Source of the DNA: an uncultured Phycisphaerales bacterium
GTDB lineage: Bacteria > Planctomycetota > Phycisphaerae > Phycisphaerales > SM1A02
Length of the DNA stretch: 64,000 bases
Direction: 5' to 3'
NCBI GenBank assembly: GCA_938084645.1
Contig: CALKEP010000011.1
Location: 33,041-97,040, forward strand
A program made the position numbers and the translations under genes. This document shows, in pieces, positions 20,233-30,500 of this stretch (the stretch's first letter is position 1; every line of letters begins with the position of its first letter). The notes under the pieces are model-generated. The model searched no databases. It was not told the DNA's origin and worked only from the letters and a program-made list of their open reading frames with translations.

Positions 20233-21363
20233 ATGCGTCACGCTCTGCCCGCCCTTCTCGCCGGTCTGTTCATCATCGCCGGAGGATGCTCGGTGAACTC
20301 GGCCCGCGTCGAGACCACGTCCTGGGGCAGCGTGAACGGCGAGACCGTGCGTCGATACACGCTTCGGAACGAGAACGGAATGGAGGTCGGCCTCAGCGAC
20401 TACGGGGCGATGGTCACCAGCCTCCGGGTGCCCGACCGGAACGGACGGGCGGTCGACGTCGTGCTCGGCTTCGACACCGCGGAGGAATATCCCGAGAAGA
20501 GCCACTATTTCGGATGCTCGGTGGGACGGGTGGGCAACCGCATCGCCGGTGGCACCTTCGAACTCGAGGGCGAGACCTACGAACTCGCCCGCAACAACCC
20601 GCCGAACCACCTGCACGGCGGCGACCGCGGCTTCGACAAGCACGTCTGGGACGCGACCGAGATCTTCACCACCAAGGGCCCGGGCATCCGGTTCACCCGG
20701 ACCAGTCCCGACGGCGAGGAGGGGTATCCCGGAACGCTCGCGGCCGAAGTCGTGTACCTCCTCACCGAGAAGAACGAACTGATCGTCGAGATGATGGCGA
20801 CCACCGATGCGGCGACGCCCTGCAACCTCGTTCATCACACCTACTGGAATCTCGGTGGTCACGACTCGGGGACGATTCTCGACCATCTTCTGGTGGTCGG
20901 CGCGCAACGCTACACGCCGGTCGATGAGACGATGATTCCCACCGGTGAACTCGCCCCGGTGGAGGGCACGGCCCTTGACTTCCGCGTGGCGAAGTCGATC
21001 GGGAGGGACATGGACGCTTTCCCGGCGAATGACGACGGTCCCGGCGGATACGACCACAACTTCTGCCTCGACGGTGGTCCGGGTGAATTCCGCGACGTCG
21101 CGATGCTCGGCGATCCGGGGACCGGGATCACCATGACCATCGCCTCCGACCAGCCCGGACTCCAGTTCTACACCGGCAACTACCTCGACGGCATGGTCGG
21201 GAAGTCGGGTGCGGTCTACGACCGCAACCAGGGCGTCTGCCTCGAGACCCAGGCCTGGCCGGATGCGATCAACCACCAGGGCGAGCCCGAGTGGCCGGAC
21301 GTGATTCTCCGGCCCGACGGCACCTACCGGCACATCATGGTCCACCGGTTCACCACGAGGTGA
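20233..21363 (+). CDS. galM: Aldose 1-epimerase (mutarotase) with lipoprotein-type signal
   Basis: GRVGNRI, HLHGG, EEGYPG, HTYWNL, YDHNF, QFYTGN and CLETQ motifs; GGAGA RBS. Confidence 0.9.
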   Translation: MRHALPALLAGLFIIAGGCSVNSARVETTSWGSVNGETVRRYTLRNENGMEVGLSDYGAMVTSLRVPDRNGRAVDVVLGFDTAEEYPEKSHYFGCSVGRVGNRIAGGTFELEGETYELARNNPPNHLHGGDRGFDKHVWDATEIFTTKGPGIRFTRTSPDGEEGYPGTLAAEVVYLLTEKNELIVEMMATTDAATPCNLVHHTYWNLGGHDSGTILDHLLVVGAQRYTPVDETMIPTGELAPVEGTALDFRVAKSIGRDMDAFPANDDGPGGYDHNFCLDGGPGEFRDVAMLGDPGTGITMTIASDQPGLQFYTGNYLDGMVGKSGAVYDRNQGVCLETQAWPDAINHQGEPEWPDVILRPDGTYRHIMVHRFTTR

Positions 21364-22061
21364 CCGACCGGCGGGAGGGCGTTGGTCGACGTCCTCGTCG
21401 TGGAAGATCCACGGCACGCAGGGCGGTTGGAATCGTGTCGCTCCTGCTGCTGGGGGGCCTCGTCTCGTCGGGCATCGCCGTCCTCGCGGCCTCGACGAGC
21501 TCGAAGGAGACGGCGACCCTTCACCTGTCCGCGACGGATGCGGACGACCTTCGGTGGTGGAACCAATCGATGCCGGTCGGTCGCGATCTCGACTGGACCC
21601 TGGTGGATCCCCGACGCCGACGCTTCGAACCGGGACTCGAGGTGATCACCTTCGAGGCGCGAGCGATCTCCCGGGAGACGGGGCAGCCCGACATCGCGAG
21701 GGCCGAGCGGATTCGAGCGGGGTGGCCTGCGGCCTGCCTCGAGGGCGTCACCTGGTTCCTCATGCGGGCGACGAGTCCTCCATCCTCACCGGAGATGGTC
21801 GATGAGGGGCTGGTGCCGATCGAACTCGAGGGCGGATCCCGCTTCATCCCGATTCGGCCGATCATGGGTGGTCTGATCCTCGATTCGGTCGTGATGGCGG
21901 CGATCCTCGGAGGATTCGGCCGGGTGCCCTCCGTCTTGCGGTGGGTACGCGGTCGCTTCAGACGTCGGGCGGGTCGTTGTCCGGTCTGCGGCTATCCGGG
22001 GCTCCTGGTTCGATGCCCGGAGTGCGGGTTCCGACGGAATGCGCCACGGGGCGCGTGTTGA
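21360..22061 (+). CDS. Two-TM hypothetical protein with C-terminal zinc ribbon
   Basis: Two hydrophobic segments and RRRAGRCPVCGY...CPECG; GTGA overlap with the galM stop. Start uncertain. Confidence 0.7.
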   Translation: MTDRREGVGRRPRRGRSTARRAVGIVSLLLLGGLVSSGIAVLAASTSSKETATLHLSATDADDLRWWNQSMPVGRDLDWTLVDPRRRRFEPGLEVITFEARAISRETGQPDIARAERIRAGWPAACLEGVTWFLMRATSPPSSPEMVDEGLVPIELEGGSRFIPIRPIMGGLILDSVVMAAILGGFGRVPSVLRWVRGRFRRRAGRCPVCGYPGLLVRCPECGFRRNAPRGAC

Positions 22062-22146
22062 CCTCGTGCCGGTGACCGGGGACCATCGGGCACCGGATCG
22101 TCGCACGCCGTGCCGTTCCTCCGTCCTCTCACAGCAGGCCGAGACC

Positions 22147-23460
22147 ATGCCGACCTTCAAGGCCCCCAAGGGCACGCGCGACTTCTATCCCGAGGACATG
22201 GCGGTTCGTCGTCGAATCGAGGATGCCTGGCGCAGCGCGTCGATCGGGCACGGCTTCGAGGAGATCGAGGGACCGACCTTCGAGCACCTCGGGCTCTACA
22301 CCGTGAAGAGCGGAGACGGCATCGTGAGCGAGCTGTTCTCGTTCCGCCGGTCGGGCGGGACCGACGACTACGCCCTCCGTCCCGAATTCACGCCGACCCT
22401 GGCCCGGATGGTCGCGGCCCGAGGGGGAAGCCTGCCTCGGCCGATCAAGTGGTTCGCGATTCCGTCCCACTTCCGCGCGGAACGCCCGCAGCGCGGTCGA
22501 CTTCGCGAGTTCTTCCAGTGGAACGTCGACATGCTCGGTCTCGACGACCCGTCCGCGGATGCCGAGGTCCTCTCGACCGGACTCGCCGCGCTCGACGCGC
22601 TCGGTCTGCGTCCCGACGTCGCGACGGTCCGACTGAGCCACCGGGACGCGGTCGCGTCGGCGCTCGAGGCCCTCGGCGTCGAACGCGAGTCGATGCACGC
22701 GGCGTTCCAGCTGCTCGATCGTCGAGACAAGCTCCCGCCCGAGGAGTTCGCGAAGAAGGCAGGTGATCTGGGACTCGGCCCGGACGGCCTCGCGGCGTTC
22801 GACCGACTCGCCCGCATTCGACGTCCGATCACGGTCGATCCCGCGGAGATCGCCGCGGAGACCGGCGTCCCGGTCGCGGCGTTCGAGCCGATGGTCGCGT
22901 TGCGCGAGGCGCTCGACGACGCCGGTGTGTCGGAGTGGTGCGAGTGGGATCTGGGCATCGTCCGGGGTCTCGCGTACTACACGGGCACCGTCTTCGAGGT
23001 CCACGAAACGGGTGGGGGGGAACGTGCGATCGCGGGGGGTGGCCGGTACGACGGACTGGTGGAACTGATGGGGGGACCCCCGACCAGTGCGGTCGGATTC
23101 GGGATGGGAGACGTCGTCCTCGGACTGGTGCTGCGGGATCGAGGGCTGCTCGACGGCATCGAACCGCCGCGCCCCACGGTCTTCGTGCTGGTCGCGGATG
23201 ACGTCGCGGAACGTCCGGCGGCGCGGATCCTCGCGTCGCTTCGGCAGGCCGGCGTCCATGCACGCCGGAGCTACCGGGCGACGCGTAACGTCGGGAAGCT
23301 GATGTCGGAAGCGAGTCGCGCCGGTGCGGGGCATGCGGTGATCGTCGGGCGGGAACTGGAGGAAGGGATGGTGGTGGTCAAGGACCTGCGCGGCGGAGGC
23401 CAGGAGACCATCCCCGTCGACTCGCTGGTCACGATGTTCACGGGTGGAGACGACGAATGA
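22147..23460 (+). CDS. hisS: Histidine--tRNA ligase
   Basis: PKGTRDF, LRPEFT, FRAERPQRGRLREFFQ, RGLAYYTG and GGGRYD motifs. Confidence 0.97.
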   Translation: MPTFKAPKGTRDFYPEDMAVRRRIEDAWRSASIGHGFEEIEGPTFEHLGLYTVKSGDGIVSELFSFRRSGGTDDYALRPEFTPTLARMVAARGGSLPRPIKWFAIPSHFRAERPQRGRLREFFQWNVDMLGLDDPSADAEVLSTGLAALDALGLRPDVATVRLSHRDAVASALEALGVERESMHAAFQLLDRRDKLPPEEFAKKAGDLGLGPDGLAAFDRLARIRRPITVDPAEIAAETGVPVAAFEPMVALREALDDAGVSEWCEWDLGIVRGLAYYTGTVFEVHETGGGERAIAGGGRYDGLVELMGGPPTSAVGFGMGDVVLGLVLRDRGLLDGIEPPRPTVFVLVADDVAERPAARILASLRQAGVHARRSYRATRNVGKLMSEASRAGAGHAVIVGRELEEGMVVVKDLRGGGQETIPVDSLVTMFTGGDDE

Positions 23461-24269
23461 TCACGACCTTCGGCATTCTCCTCATCGTATGCTTCGGTCT
23501 CGCCGCGCCGTCGCCCCGGCAGTCGGGGCCGCCCGCCGCCCGGTCGGGGGACGATCTCGTGTCGCAACCGGCGATCGATGCCAACGACGACGACTCGAAC
23601 GACGGGGTGCGGAGCCCGCCCGCGGTCGCATCGCGCACCGGGGTGACCGCCGTGTTGTCGACGCTCGACGCGCCGCCCCCGGGATTCGACGGCAAGTCCC
23701 GGGTCCTCCTCATCCCGGGCCGTGGTCTGCAGGGTTGGCGAGGCGTGGCGGTCGAGGATGATCTCGATGGATGGCGGGTCGACGAGAAGGGAAATCTTCT
23801 CGCGGGACCGGCCGACATCGAGACGGTCGAGCCCTACCGGGACTTCCAACTCCACCTCGAGTACTCGCTGCCCCGGACGCCGGGGCGAGTCGGCGTGCAC
23901 GCGGCGGCCACCTGGATCCGTCTGCACGATCGATTCCGGATTGAGTTCCGCAACGACTACGGACGTCCCGCCCGATCGTCGGGAACCGGATCGGTGCTGG
24001 AGCACGCCATGCCGCTGGTGAACGCGGCGCTCCCCGCGCCCGGCTGGCAGCCGGTGGACATCTACTTCCGAGGGCCGCGGATCGAGGACGGCGTGGTCAC
24101 GGAGGCGGCTCGAATCACCATGATGGTGAACGGGGTGCTGGTGCAGAACAACGTGTCCTTGACGCCTTCCGAGGACGACGAATCGGCCCCATCGGAATCG
24201 AGTCGAATCATCCTCGAGGGCTGTGACGTTCCGGTCTACTTCCGGAACATCTGGATCCGACCGTCGTGA
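23457..24269 (+). CDS. Secreted DUF1080 (3-keto-disaccharide hydrolase-like) domain protein
   Basis: LQGW, YRDFQLHLEY, NGVLVQ and VYFRNIWIRP; signal peptide; ATGA overlap with hisS. Confidence 0.7.
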   Translation: MITTFGILLIVCFGLAAPSPRQSGPPAARSGDDLVSQPAIDANDDDSNDGVRSPPAVASRTGVTAVLSTLDAPPPGFDGKSRVLLIPGRGLQGWRGVAVEDDLDGWRVDEKGNLLAGPADIETVEPYRDFQLHLEYSLPRTPGRVGVHAAATWIRLHDRFRIEFRNDYGRPARSSGTGSVLEHAMPLVNAALPAPGWQPVDIYFRGPRIEDGVVTEAARITMMVNGVLVQNNVSLTPSEDDESAPSESSRIILEGCDVPVYFRNIWIRPS

Positions 24270-24910
24270 TCGATCCCGCACGCTGTCTCGTCGTCGTCGC
24301 CACCGATCGCGAAGCCGCGCCGTTCCGGAGCGCCGGTCTTCGGACGGTGGTCTCGGGAGTCGGACGCGTGAACGCCGCCGTTGCGACGACGATCGCGATC
24401 CAGGGCCTCGAATCGACGCCCTTCGTGATCGCCTCCGGCATCGCGGGATCGCTGCCCCGGCCCGATGCGCGGTCGATCGGAGACATCGTGATCGGGGATC
24501 GTGCGATCGCCGCCGACGAGGGGATCCGCACCCCGACCGGATTCCAGTCGATCGCGGAGATGGGGTTTCCACTGGCGGGGTTCATGGACGGCGACGCCGT
24601 CCTCTCGGATGTGGGACTGGTCCGGGGGCTCGCGGCGCGGCTGCCGGACGCGGTGGTCGGCCCGATCGCGACGGTGGGAACCTGTTCCGGCACCGACGAT
24701 CTGGCCTCGGAACTCGCCGCACGAACCGGGGCGATCGCGGAGGCGATGGAAGGCGCGGCGGTGCTCCAGGCGGCGGGATTGCTCGGGGCGCGAGCGGTGG
24801 AGGTCCGGGTGATCTCGAACGGCACCGGTGACCGGGCCCGGCAGGTCTGGGACCTCGACAAGGCGTTCTCGGCGCTCGTGAACGTGGCGGAGGCGATCGC
24901 GTCGGATTGA
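24266..24910 (+). CDS. mqnB: Futalosine hydrolase (PNP/UDP phosphorylase fold)
   Basis: SGVGRVNAA, GIAGSL, ATVGTCSGT, EAMEGAAV and ISNGTGDRARQVWDL motifs. Confidence 0.8.
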   Translation: MIDPARCLVVVATDREAAPFRSAGLRTVVSGVGRVNAAVATTIAIQGLESTPFVIASGIAGSLPRPDARSIGDIVIGDRAIAADEGIRTPTGFQSIAEMGFPLAGFMDGDAVLSDVGLVRGLAARLPDAVVGPIATVGTCSGTDDLASELAARTGAIAEAMEGAAVLQAAGLLGARAVEVRVISNGTGDRARQVWDLDKAFSALVNVAEAIASD

Positions 24911-25094
24911 TCGGCCTGCAGGGGTGGCGCTCGCCCGGTCGGTTCCCGGACCCCGCCGCACAGGTCGGATGACCGGATCCATTCCAATCGACGTGTTCGA
25001 TCAACCGTTCGGACCCTGCTCAACAGTCGTGCCAGAAGGGCCGATGCCTCTCTCGGACCGTGGATCTTCCTCCACGTTCCTGGAGATGCATCAC

Positions 25095-26327
25095 ATGCGC
25101 ATTCGGAGGATGTTCTCGAAGACGGTCTCGCCGGTGGTCGCCGATTTCGGTGCGGCATCGGTGAAGCTTCTTCAGGTCGCCGACGGCGACGCCCCCTCGA
25201 TCGTGGCCGCGGCCGAGCTCGAGATCCCCGACGAAGCCCGAGGAAACGTCGATCGGCGATTCGCCTTTCTCGCGGAGGAGCTCCCGGGCGTGCTTCGCGG
25301 GCATTCGTTCGAGGGCAAGCGGGTGATCTGCTCCCCCGCGAGTTCCCACTTCATCGTTCAACAGAACAGGACCGACGAGTCCAGCCCGCTCAGCGCCGAC
25401 GACCAGGTCGCGGCGGAGGTGGCAGGGCGGATGAACTGTCTTCCCAAGGCGGTCGTCGCACGATCCTTTCCCATTCCCGGAAGCGAGCGGGACCGGGTGG
25501 TGCTCGCGATCGCCCGCGATGACGTGATGCGTCACGTCGATCTCTTCAAGCGATGTCGACACGACCTCGTCGGCGTCCAGCCCGATCAGGTCCCGATGCT
25601 CCACGCCTTCGACCATCTTCACCGACGTGACGAGGATCGTTCGATCAGCACGATGTACGTCGATGCCGGCTGGGGTGCGGTGAAGGTGGCGGTGGCCCGG
25701 GGCGGTCAGCTCGTCTTCGCGCGGATCATCCACGTCGGCGGTCGACAGTTCGACGAGATCGCGGCGACGACCTGGGGTTGCACCACGACCGACGCCCGGG
25801 GGCGTCGACGTCGGAGCGAGGCGACGAACGTCGCCCCGAAGCCGATCGCCGGACCCGAGACGTCCGGTCCCGGGGCCGGCTCGGTGATGCTCCGAGCGGG
25901 CATGGCGAAGGCCGATGCCGACCGAAATCGCACCGACGCCACGCAGGACCCGAGCGTCGCGCTCACCGAGGATCGACGCACGGGCGAGCCCGCGCCGACG
26001 CTGGCGGGCGTGACCACGGCCTGTCCGCAGCCGGACTTCCTCGAGGTGCACGAGACCATCGCCGACGAACTCTCGATGTGCGCCCGCTACGCCCAGGCGT
26101 CGCTTGGTGCGCCGATCGACCGCATGGTGATGCTGGGGGGCGAGTCGCACAGTCGGCGCTTCGCGGGTCACCTGGCGCGTCGGCTCGGAATCAAGACCAG
26201 TGTGGGAGACCCCGTACGCAGACTGCTGGACCACACGCCGATCGGCGTCGGTCCGCTCGAACCCGGTCGGGAGTATCCCGAATGGGTCGTGGCGTGCGGA
26301 ATGTGCGCCATGGGAGCCGCCGCTTGA
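25095..26327 (+). CDS. pilM: PilM-like type IV pilus assembly protein (actin-like)
   Basis: PVVADFGAASVKLLQ, MYVDAG, GGRQFD, MLGGES and WVVACG; first gene of an MNO cluster. Start approximate. Confidence 0.75.
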   Translation: MRIRRMFSKTVSPVVADFGAASVKLLQVADGDAPSIVAAAELEIPDEARGNVDRRFAFLAEELPGVLRGHSFEGKRVICSPASSHFIVQQNRTDESSPLSADDQVAAEVAGRMNCLPKAVVARSFPIPGSERDRVVLAIARDDVMRHVDLFKRCRHDLVGVQPDQVPMLHAFDHLHRRDEDRSISTMYVDAGWGAVKVAVARGGQLVFARIIHVGGRQFDEIAATTWGCTTTDARGRRRRSEATNVAPKPIAGPETSGPGAGSVMLRAGMAKADADRNRTDATQDPSVALTEDRRTGEPAPTLAGVTTACPQPDFLEVHETIADELSMCARYAQASLGAPIDRMVMLGGESHSRRFAGHLARRLGIKTSVGDPVRRLLDHTPIGVGPLEPGREYPEWVVACGMCAMGAAA

Positions 26328-26342
26328 TCGGCTGGAGACGTC

Positions 26343-27083
26343 ATGACTGAGAACAAGGACTTCAATTCAGGTTTCCTCCCCGACGACTACGTCGCCAAGC
26401 GTGCGGAACGACGCATGACCGTGCTTGCGGTCACGCTCTTCGTACTGGTGATGTTCGGGGTGACGACCGCCTTCGTGGTGACCCAGCGGAACTGGACGGA
26501 TGTGCGTTCGGCCAGGACCGCGGTCAACCAGCGTTTCGTCGCGGCGGGGGATCGGATCGCGGAGATGGACGCCTACGAGATGCGGGTCAGTCGCATGGTC
26601 GACAAGGCGCACGTCGCGGTCGGCCTGGTGGACACCGTGCCGCGATCCAACCTGCTCGCGGAGCTGGTCCGGCAGATGCCCGCCGAACTGAGTCTGATGC
26701 GGGTGGGGCTCGAGACCGACGAGATCAAGCCGCCGCGACCGAAGCCGTCGGCGGTGGCGACGTTGGCATCCGGTCGGAAGAAGAGTTCCGCCGCCGCGGA
26801 CGTCGAGGCCGAGGAGATCCGTCCGGAGCCGCGCCGCTGGGCTTCGCGGGTGACGCTCGAGGGACTCGCACCGTCGCTCGACGAGGTTTCGCGATTCATC
26901 GACGCGTTGGTGAAGGTCGAGATCTTCCGACGCGTCAGGCTCGACCACACCCAGGAGAAGGAGATCGACGGTCGCCCGATGCGGGAGTACCGGATCCTCT
27001 TCGAAATCGATCCCGAGGCCGACATCCGCGAGACTCGAAGCATCGCGGGCGTCGTGGCCACCGAGACGGAGGATGGACGATGA
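26343..27083 (+). CDS. pilN: PilN-like protein
   Basis: N-terminal FLP motif plus TM; LLAELVRQMPAELSL and VTLEGLA; position in the cluster. Confidence 0.7.
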   Translation: MTENKDFNSGFLPDDYVAKRAERRMTVLAVTLFVLVMFGVTTAFVVTQRNWTDVRSARTAVNQRFVAAGDRIAEMDAYEMRVSRMVDKAHVAVGLVDTVPRSNLLAELVRQMPAELSLMRVGLETDEIKPPRPKPSAVATLASGRKKSSAAADVEAEEIRPEPRRWASRVTLEGLAPSLDEVSRFIDALVKVEIFRRVRLDHTQEKEIDGRPMREYRILFEIDPEADIRETRSIAGVVATETEDGR

Positions 27084-27658
27084 ACCTAGGCATTCGTGAA
27101 ATGGTGTTCCTGCTGGTGCTCGCCGCGATTCCGGTGGCAGCCTGGTTCTTCGTCTTCGAACCCCGCAATCAGGACATCGAACAGTCCAGGCGCGAGATCG
27201 CACAGATGGAGTCGACGCTGGTCCGACTGGATCAGCTGACCGAAGAGGTCGGTGACGTCCGCACCGCGATCGACGAGGCCGAACTCCGGCTCGCCGACTT
27301 TCGCCGGAACATCCCCGATGCGAACGAGGTCGACGACATGCTCGCCGAGATCCATCGGATCGGAGAGCGGAACGCCCTCGGCATCTCGTCGATCCGGGCC
27401 CTGAACCGGAGCGAGACGCAGGGATACGCGGAGATCCCGTTGTCCCTGGAGATCGACGGCAGTTTTCGCGGGATCTACCGATTCCTCCTCGATCTCGAGC
27501 GGCTTCCTCGCATCACGCGGGTCCGGGACCTGAAGCTCGAACGGAATCTGGTCGAGTCCCGCGGCCGGACCGGTGAGGACGACACGCCGCCGGGGCAGAT
27601 CGACGCGTCGATGACGGTGGTCATCTACTGCGAAGGTGAACTGGAAGGTGACGCATGA
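27080..27658 (+). CDS. pilO: PilO-like protein
   Basis: TM, coiled coil, YAEIPLSLEIDGSFRGIYRFLLDLERLPRI. Confidence 0.8.
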   Translation: MNLGIREMVFLLVLAAIPVAAWFFVFEPRNQDIEQSRREIAQMESTLVRLDQLTEEVGDVRTAIDEAELRLADFRRNIPDANEVDDMLAEIHRIGERNALGISSIRALNRSETQGYAEIPLSLEIDGSFRGIYRFLLDLERLPRITRVRDLKLERNLVESRGRTGEDDTPPGQIDASMTVVIYCEGELEGDA

Positions 27659-28389
27659 GCGGATTGAACGACAACAACGGCGTCGAGGATTCGATCGATG
27701 ATCCCATGATCCGTGGCGGGACGGTCGACTTCTCGGTCGACGACGGCTTCGCCGAAGCGGTGCAGAGCGGGACGGGTCGGCGGATCGATGCCGGGACGAT
27801 TCTCTTCATCGGAGTGCTGCTGGCCTCGGCCGCCGGTCTCTGGTCGATGCGATTCCTCGGCCGTGGTGTCGCCGCCACCGGTGAACCGGGAGATCGTGCC
27901 GCGGTGGGCAAGTGGATCGTCGACGCGGAGAAGGACGGCGCGGTCCTCGGACTCGAGGACCTCCGCGTGCTCGAACGCCTCGACAAGGACCGACTCAACG
28001 ATCTGCAGGTGCCCACCGACGACCTGAAGAAGGACGAACCCTTCCGCTACTGGGGTGAGGTCGACATGGCCGCGGTGCAGATGGCGTCGGTCGATCAGCG
28101 GCCGGTCAACACCATCGACCAGATCAAGGACGCCTTCGACGCGACGATCGACGAGATCGGATCGCTGATGAACGTGAGTGCGATCCTCGCGCCCGACTCA
28201 CCGCGAGCCCAGGCGGTCCTGAACGGCCATCGCATCATGGTGGGGGACGTCTTCGACGTCCCGCACGAGGGTGAGGAGTATGAATTCGAGGTCGAACGGA
28301 TCGGTTCCGACGGCGTGGTGTTCGTATCCCGCCTCTCCGAGCCCAGGCACGCGCGACGCATCGAGGTCGGCGTGAAGCGCAACTTCTGA
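27655..28389 (+). CDS. Hypothetical single-TM protein in the PilP/GspC position
   Basis: Overlaps the pilO stop; C-terminal beta domain AVLNGHRIMVGD...VERIGSDGV. Confidence 0.65.
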   Translation: MSGLNDNNGVEDSIDDPMIRGGTVDFSVDDGFAEAVQSGTGRRIDAGTILFIGVLLASAAGLWSMRFLGRGVAATGEPGDRAAVGKWIVDAEKDGAVLGLEDLRVLERLDKDRLNDLQVPTDDLKKDEPFRYWGEVDMAAVQMASVDQRPVNTIDQIKDAFDATIDEIGSLMNVSAILAPDSPRAQAVLNGHRIMVGDVFDVPHEGEEYEFEVERIGSDGVVFVSRLSEPRHARRIEVGVKRNF

Positions 28390-28444
28390 TCGACCGGACA
28401 TCAGGCGTTTTCGGGGATTCGGGGCGACCCGGACTGGAGACCAC

Positions 28445-30475
28445 GTGGGACGATTCGACATCGAGCGACTGTTGCGAGACCTCGGCGAACCGAACGCCGA
28501 TGCGCCGAAGGAACCGGCCGCCGATGGCGCGGAAGGGTCCGATGTCGACGGGCGGATCGTGCCCGAACGTCCGCTGGCATCCGCCTCGACGACGCCGCAA
28601 TCCCCCGCCGATCCCAAGGCGAGGGAGCTCGATTTCCGTCCGCCCGATTTCAACACGGGTTCCGGTCTCGACGCCGAGATCGATCCCGCGATGGCGATCG
28701 AACAGGATCGGATCCGTCCGACCCGCCCTGACGACGCGCTCCGGGACCTCTTCGTTCCCGAAGGCGGTTCGACGACCGGCAACGGTGATCTCATCGATCT
28801 GCTCCACGGCCGTGACGAGATCGACGCGGAGAGTCGTGATACCGCGCGTCGTCTCCAGGCCCAGGCGCCGGATCGGCCGATCGCGACGATCCTTCTGGAG
28901 ATGGAGATCGACGAGGATCTCGTGCAGCAGGGTGTCGCCGAGATCTCGAGAATCGACTTCGTGAAGGTGGACGCCGGCACCATCGACGCCGCCCAGATGA
29001 AGCGGCTCGGCGTCGACTACTGCGTGGAACACCGAGTCGTTCCACTGTGGGCCGACGGCACGCGGACGGTGATCGGGACCACCAGTCCCGACGACGTCTT
29101 CCTGCTCGACGAACTGAAGCGACGACTCGGGGTCTCGGTCGTCAAGCACGTCCTGGTCTGTGGCGGCGCCGTCGTCGAGGCGATTCGGAAGATCGAGGGC
29201 GGCGACGAGCAGCCCAGCGCGGACATCGAGGCGATCCTCGCGGATGTCGAGGAGGACGACGTCGAGTTCGAGCGGACCGAGGAGACGGAGACGGATCTCG
29301 AACTGGAGGCGGAAAGCTCGCCGGTCGTCCGCTACGTGAACCACATCATCCAGACCGCGCTGCAGGAAGGCGCATCGGACATCCACATCGAGCCCGGGGA
29401 GAAGAACCTGAAGGTCCGACTCCGCATCGATGGAATCCTCTACGAGGCCATGAAGCCCCCGAAGAAGATGCACGCGGCGTTGACCAGTCGACTGAAGATC
29501 ATGGCGAACCTCGACATCGCGGAGCGCCGGCTCCCGCAGGACGGACGCATCCGCGCGACGGTGATGAACCGGCGGCTCGATCTCCGGCTCTCGACGGTTC
29601 CGACCGCGAACGGCGAGAAGACCGTCATGAGAATTCTCGACGACCAGGCGATCCAGGTCTCGCTCGACGATCTCGGTTTCAGCGAAGACACCCTGGCCCT
29701 GTGGAAGAGCCAGATCGATCAGCCGCACGGGATCATCCTGGTCACCGGTCCGACCGGTTCAGGCAAGACGACCACGCTCTATTCGTCGCTTCGGCAGATG
29801 GACATGAAGCGGTTGAACATCTCGACCGTCGAGGATCCGGTGGAATACAACCTTCCCGGGGTCACGCAGATCCAGACCCACGCCATGATCGACATGACCT
29901 TCGCGCGAGCCCTCAAGGCGCTGCTGCGGCAGGATCCGGACGTGGTGATGGTCGGTGAGATCCGGGATCACGAGACCGCGTCGATCGCGGTCCAGGCGGC
30001 CCTGACGGGTCACCTCGTGCTGTCGACCCTTCACACCAACGACGCGCCCAGTTCGGTCACGCGACTGGTCAACATCGGCGTGGAGCCCTTCCTGGTGGGT
30101 GCGGCGTTGAACGGCGTGCTCGCGCAGCGGCTGGTCCGCCGGATCTGTCCCTCGTGCGTCGAGGACACACCGGTACCCGAGGAGATGCGGGACTTCCTCG
30201 TGGTCCATGGAATCGACGGCGCGACGCTTCCCCAGGGCCGGGGGTGCGAGGCATGTCGCAACAGCGGCTACTCCGGTCGACTTGGGCTCTACGAACTGCT
30301 GGTCTTCGATGACCATCTCCGCGACCTGATCGCCTCCAGTCCGAACGTGACCGAATTCCGTCGCATCTGCTGCGAACGCGGCATGGTGTCACTCCGCGAG
30401 GACGGATTCCGGAAGGTCCTCGAGGGGCGCACGACGGTGGAGGAGGTCCTCCGCGTCACCGAAGCGACGATCTGA
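28445..30475 (+). CDS. GspE/PilB family secretion/pilus assembly ATPase
   Basis: GASDIHIEP, RLPQDGR, GPTGSGKTT, LRQDPD, STLHTN and tetra-Cys CPSC..CEAC motifs. Confidence 0.95.
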   Translation: MGRFDIERLLRDLGEPNADAPKEPAADGAEGSDVDGRIVPERPLASASTTPQSPADPKARELDFRPPDFNTGSGLDAEIDPAMAIEQDRIRPTRPDDALRDLFVPEGGSTTGNGDLIDLLHGRDEIDAESRDTARRLQAQAPDRPIATILLEMEIDEDLVQQGVAEISRIDFVKVDAGTIDAAQMKRLGVDYCVEHRVVPLWADGTRTVIGTTSPDDVFLLDELKRRLGVSVVKHVLVCGGAVVEAIRKIEGGDEQPSADIEAILADVEEDDVEFERTEETETDLELEAESSPVVRYVNHIIQTALQEGASDIHIEPGEKNLKVRLRIDGILYEAMKPPKKMHAALTSRLKIMANLDIAERRLPQDGRIRATVMNRRLDLRLSTVPTANGEKTVMRILDDQAIQVSLDDLGFSEDTLALWKSQIDQPHGIILVTGPTGSGKTTTLYSSLRQMDMKRLNISTVEDPVEYNLPGVTQIQTHAMIDMTFARALKALLRQDPDVVMVGEIRDHETASIAVQAALTGHLVLSTLHTNDAPSSVTRLVNIGVEPFLVGAALNGVLAQRLVRRICPSCVEDTPVPEEMRDFLVVHGIDGATLPQGRGCEACRNSGYSGRLGLYELLVFDDHLRDLIASSPNVTEFRRICCERGMVSLREDGFRKVLEGRTTVEEVLRVTEATI

Positions 30476-30500
30476 GTCCATCGATCGCCCGGGCCTCGGA

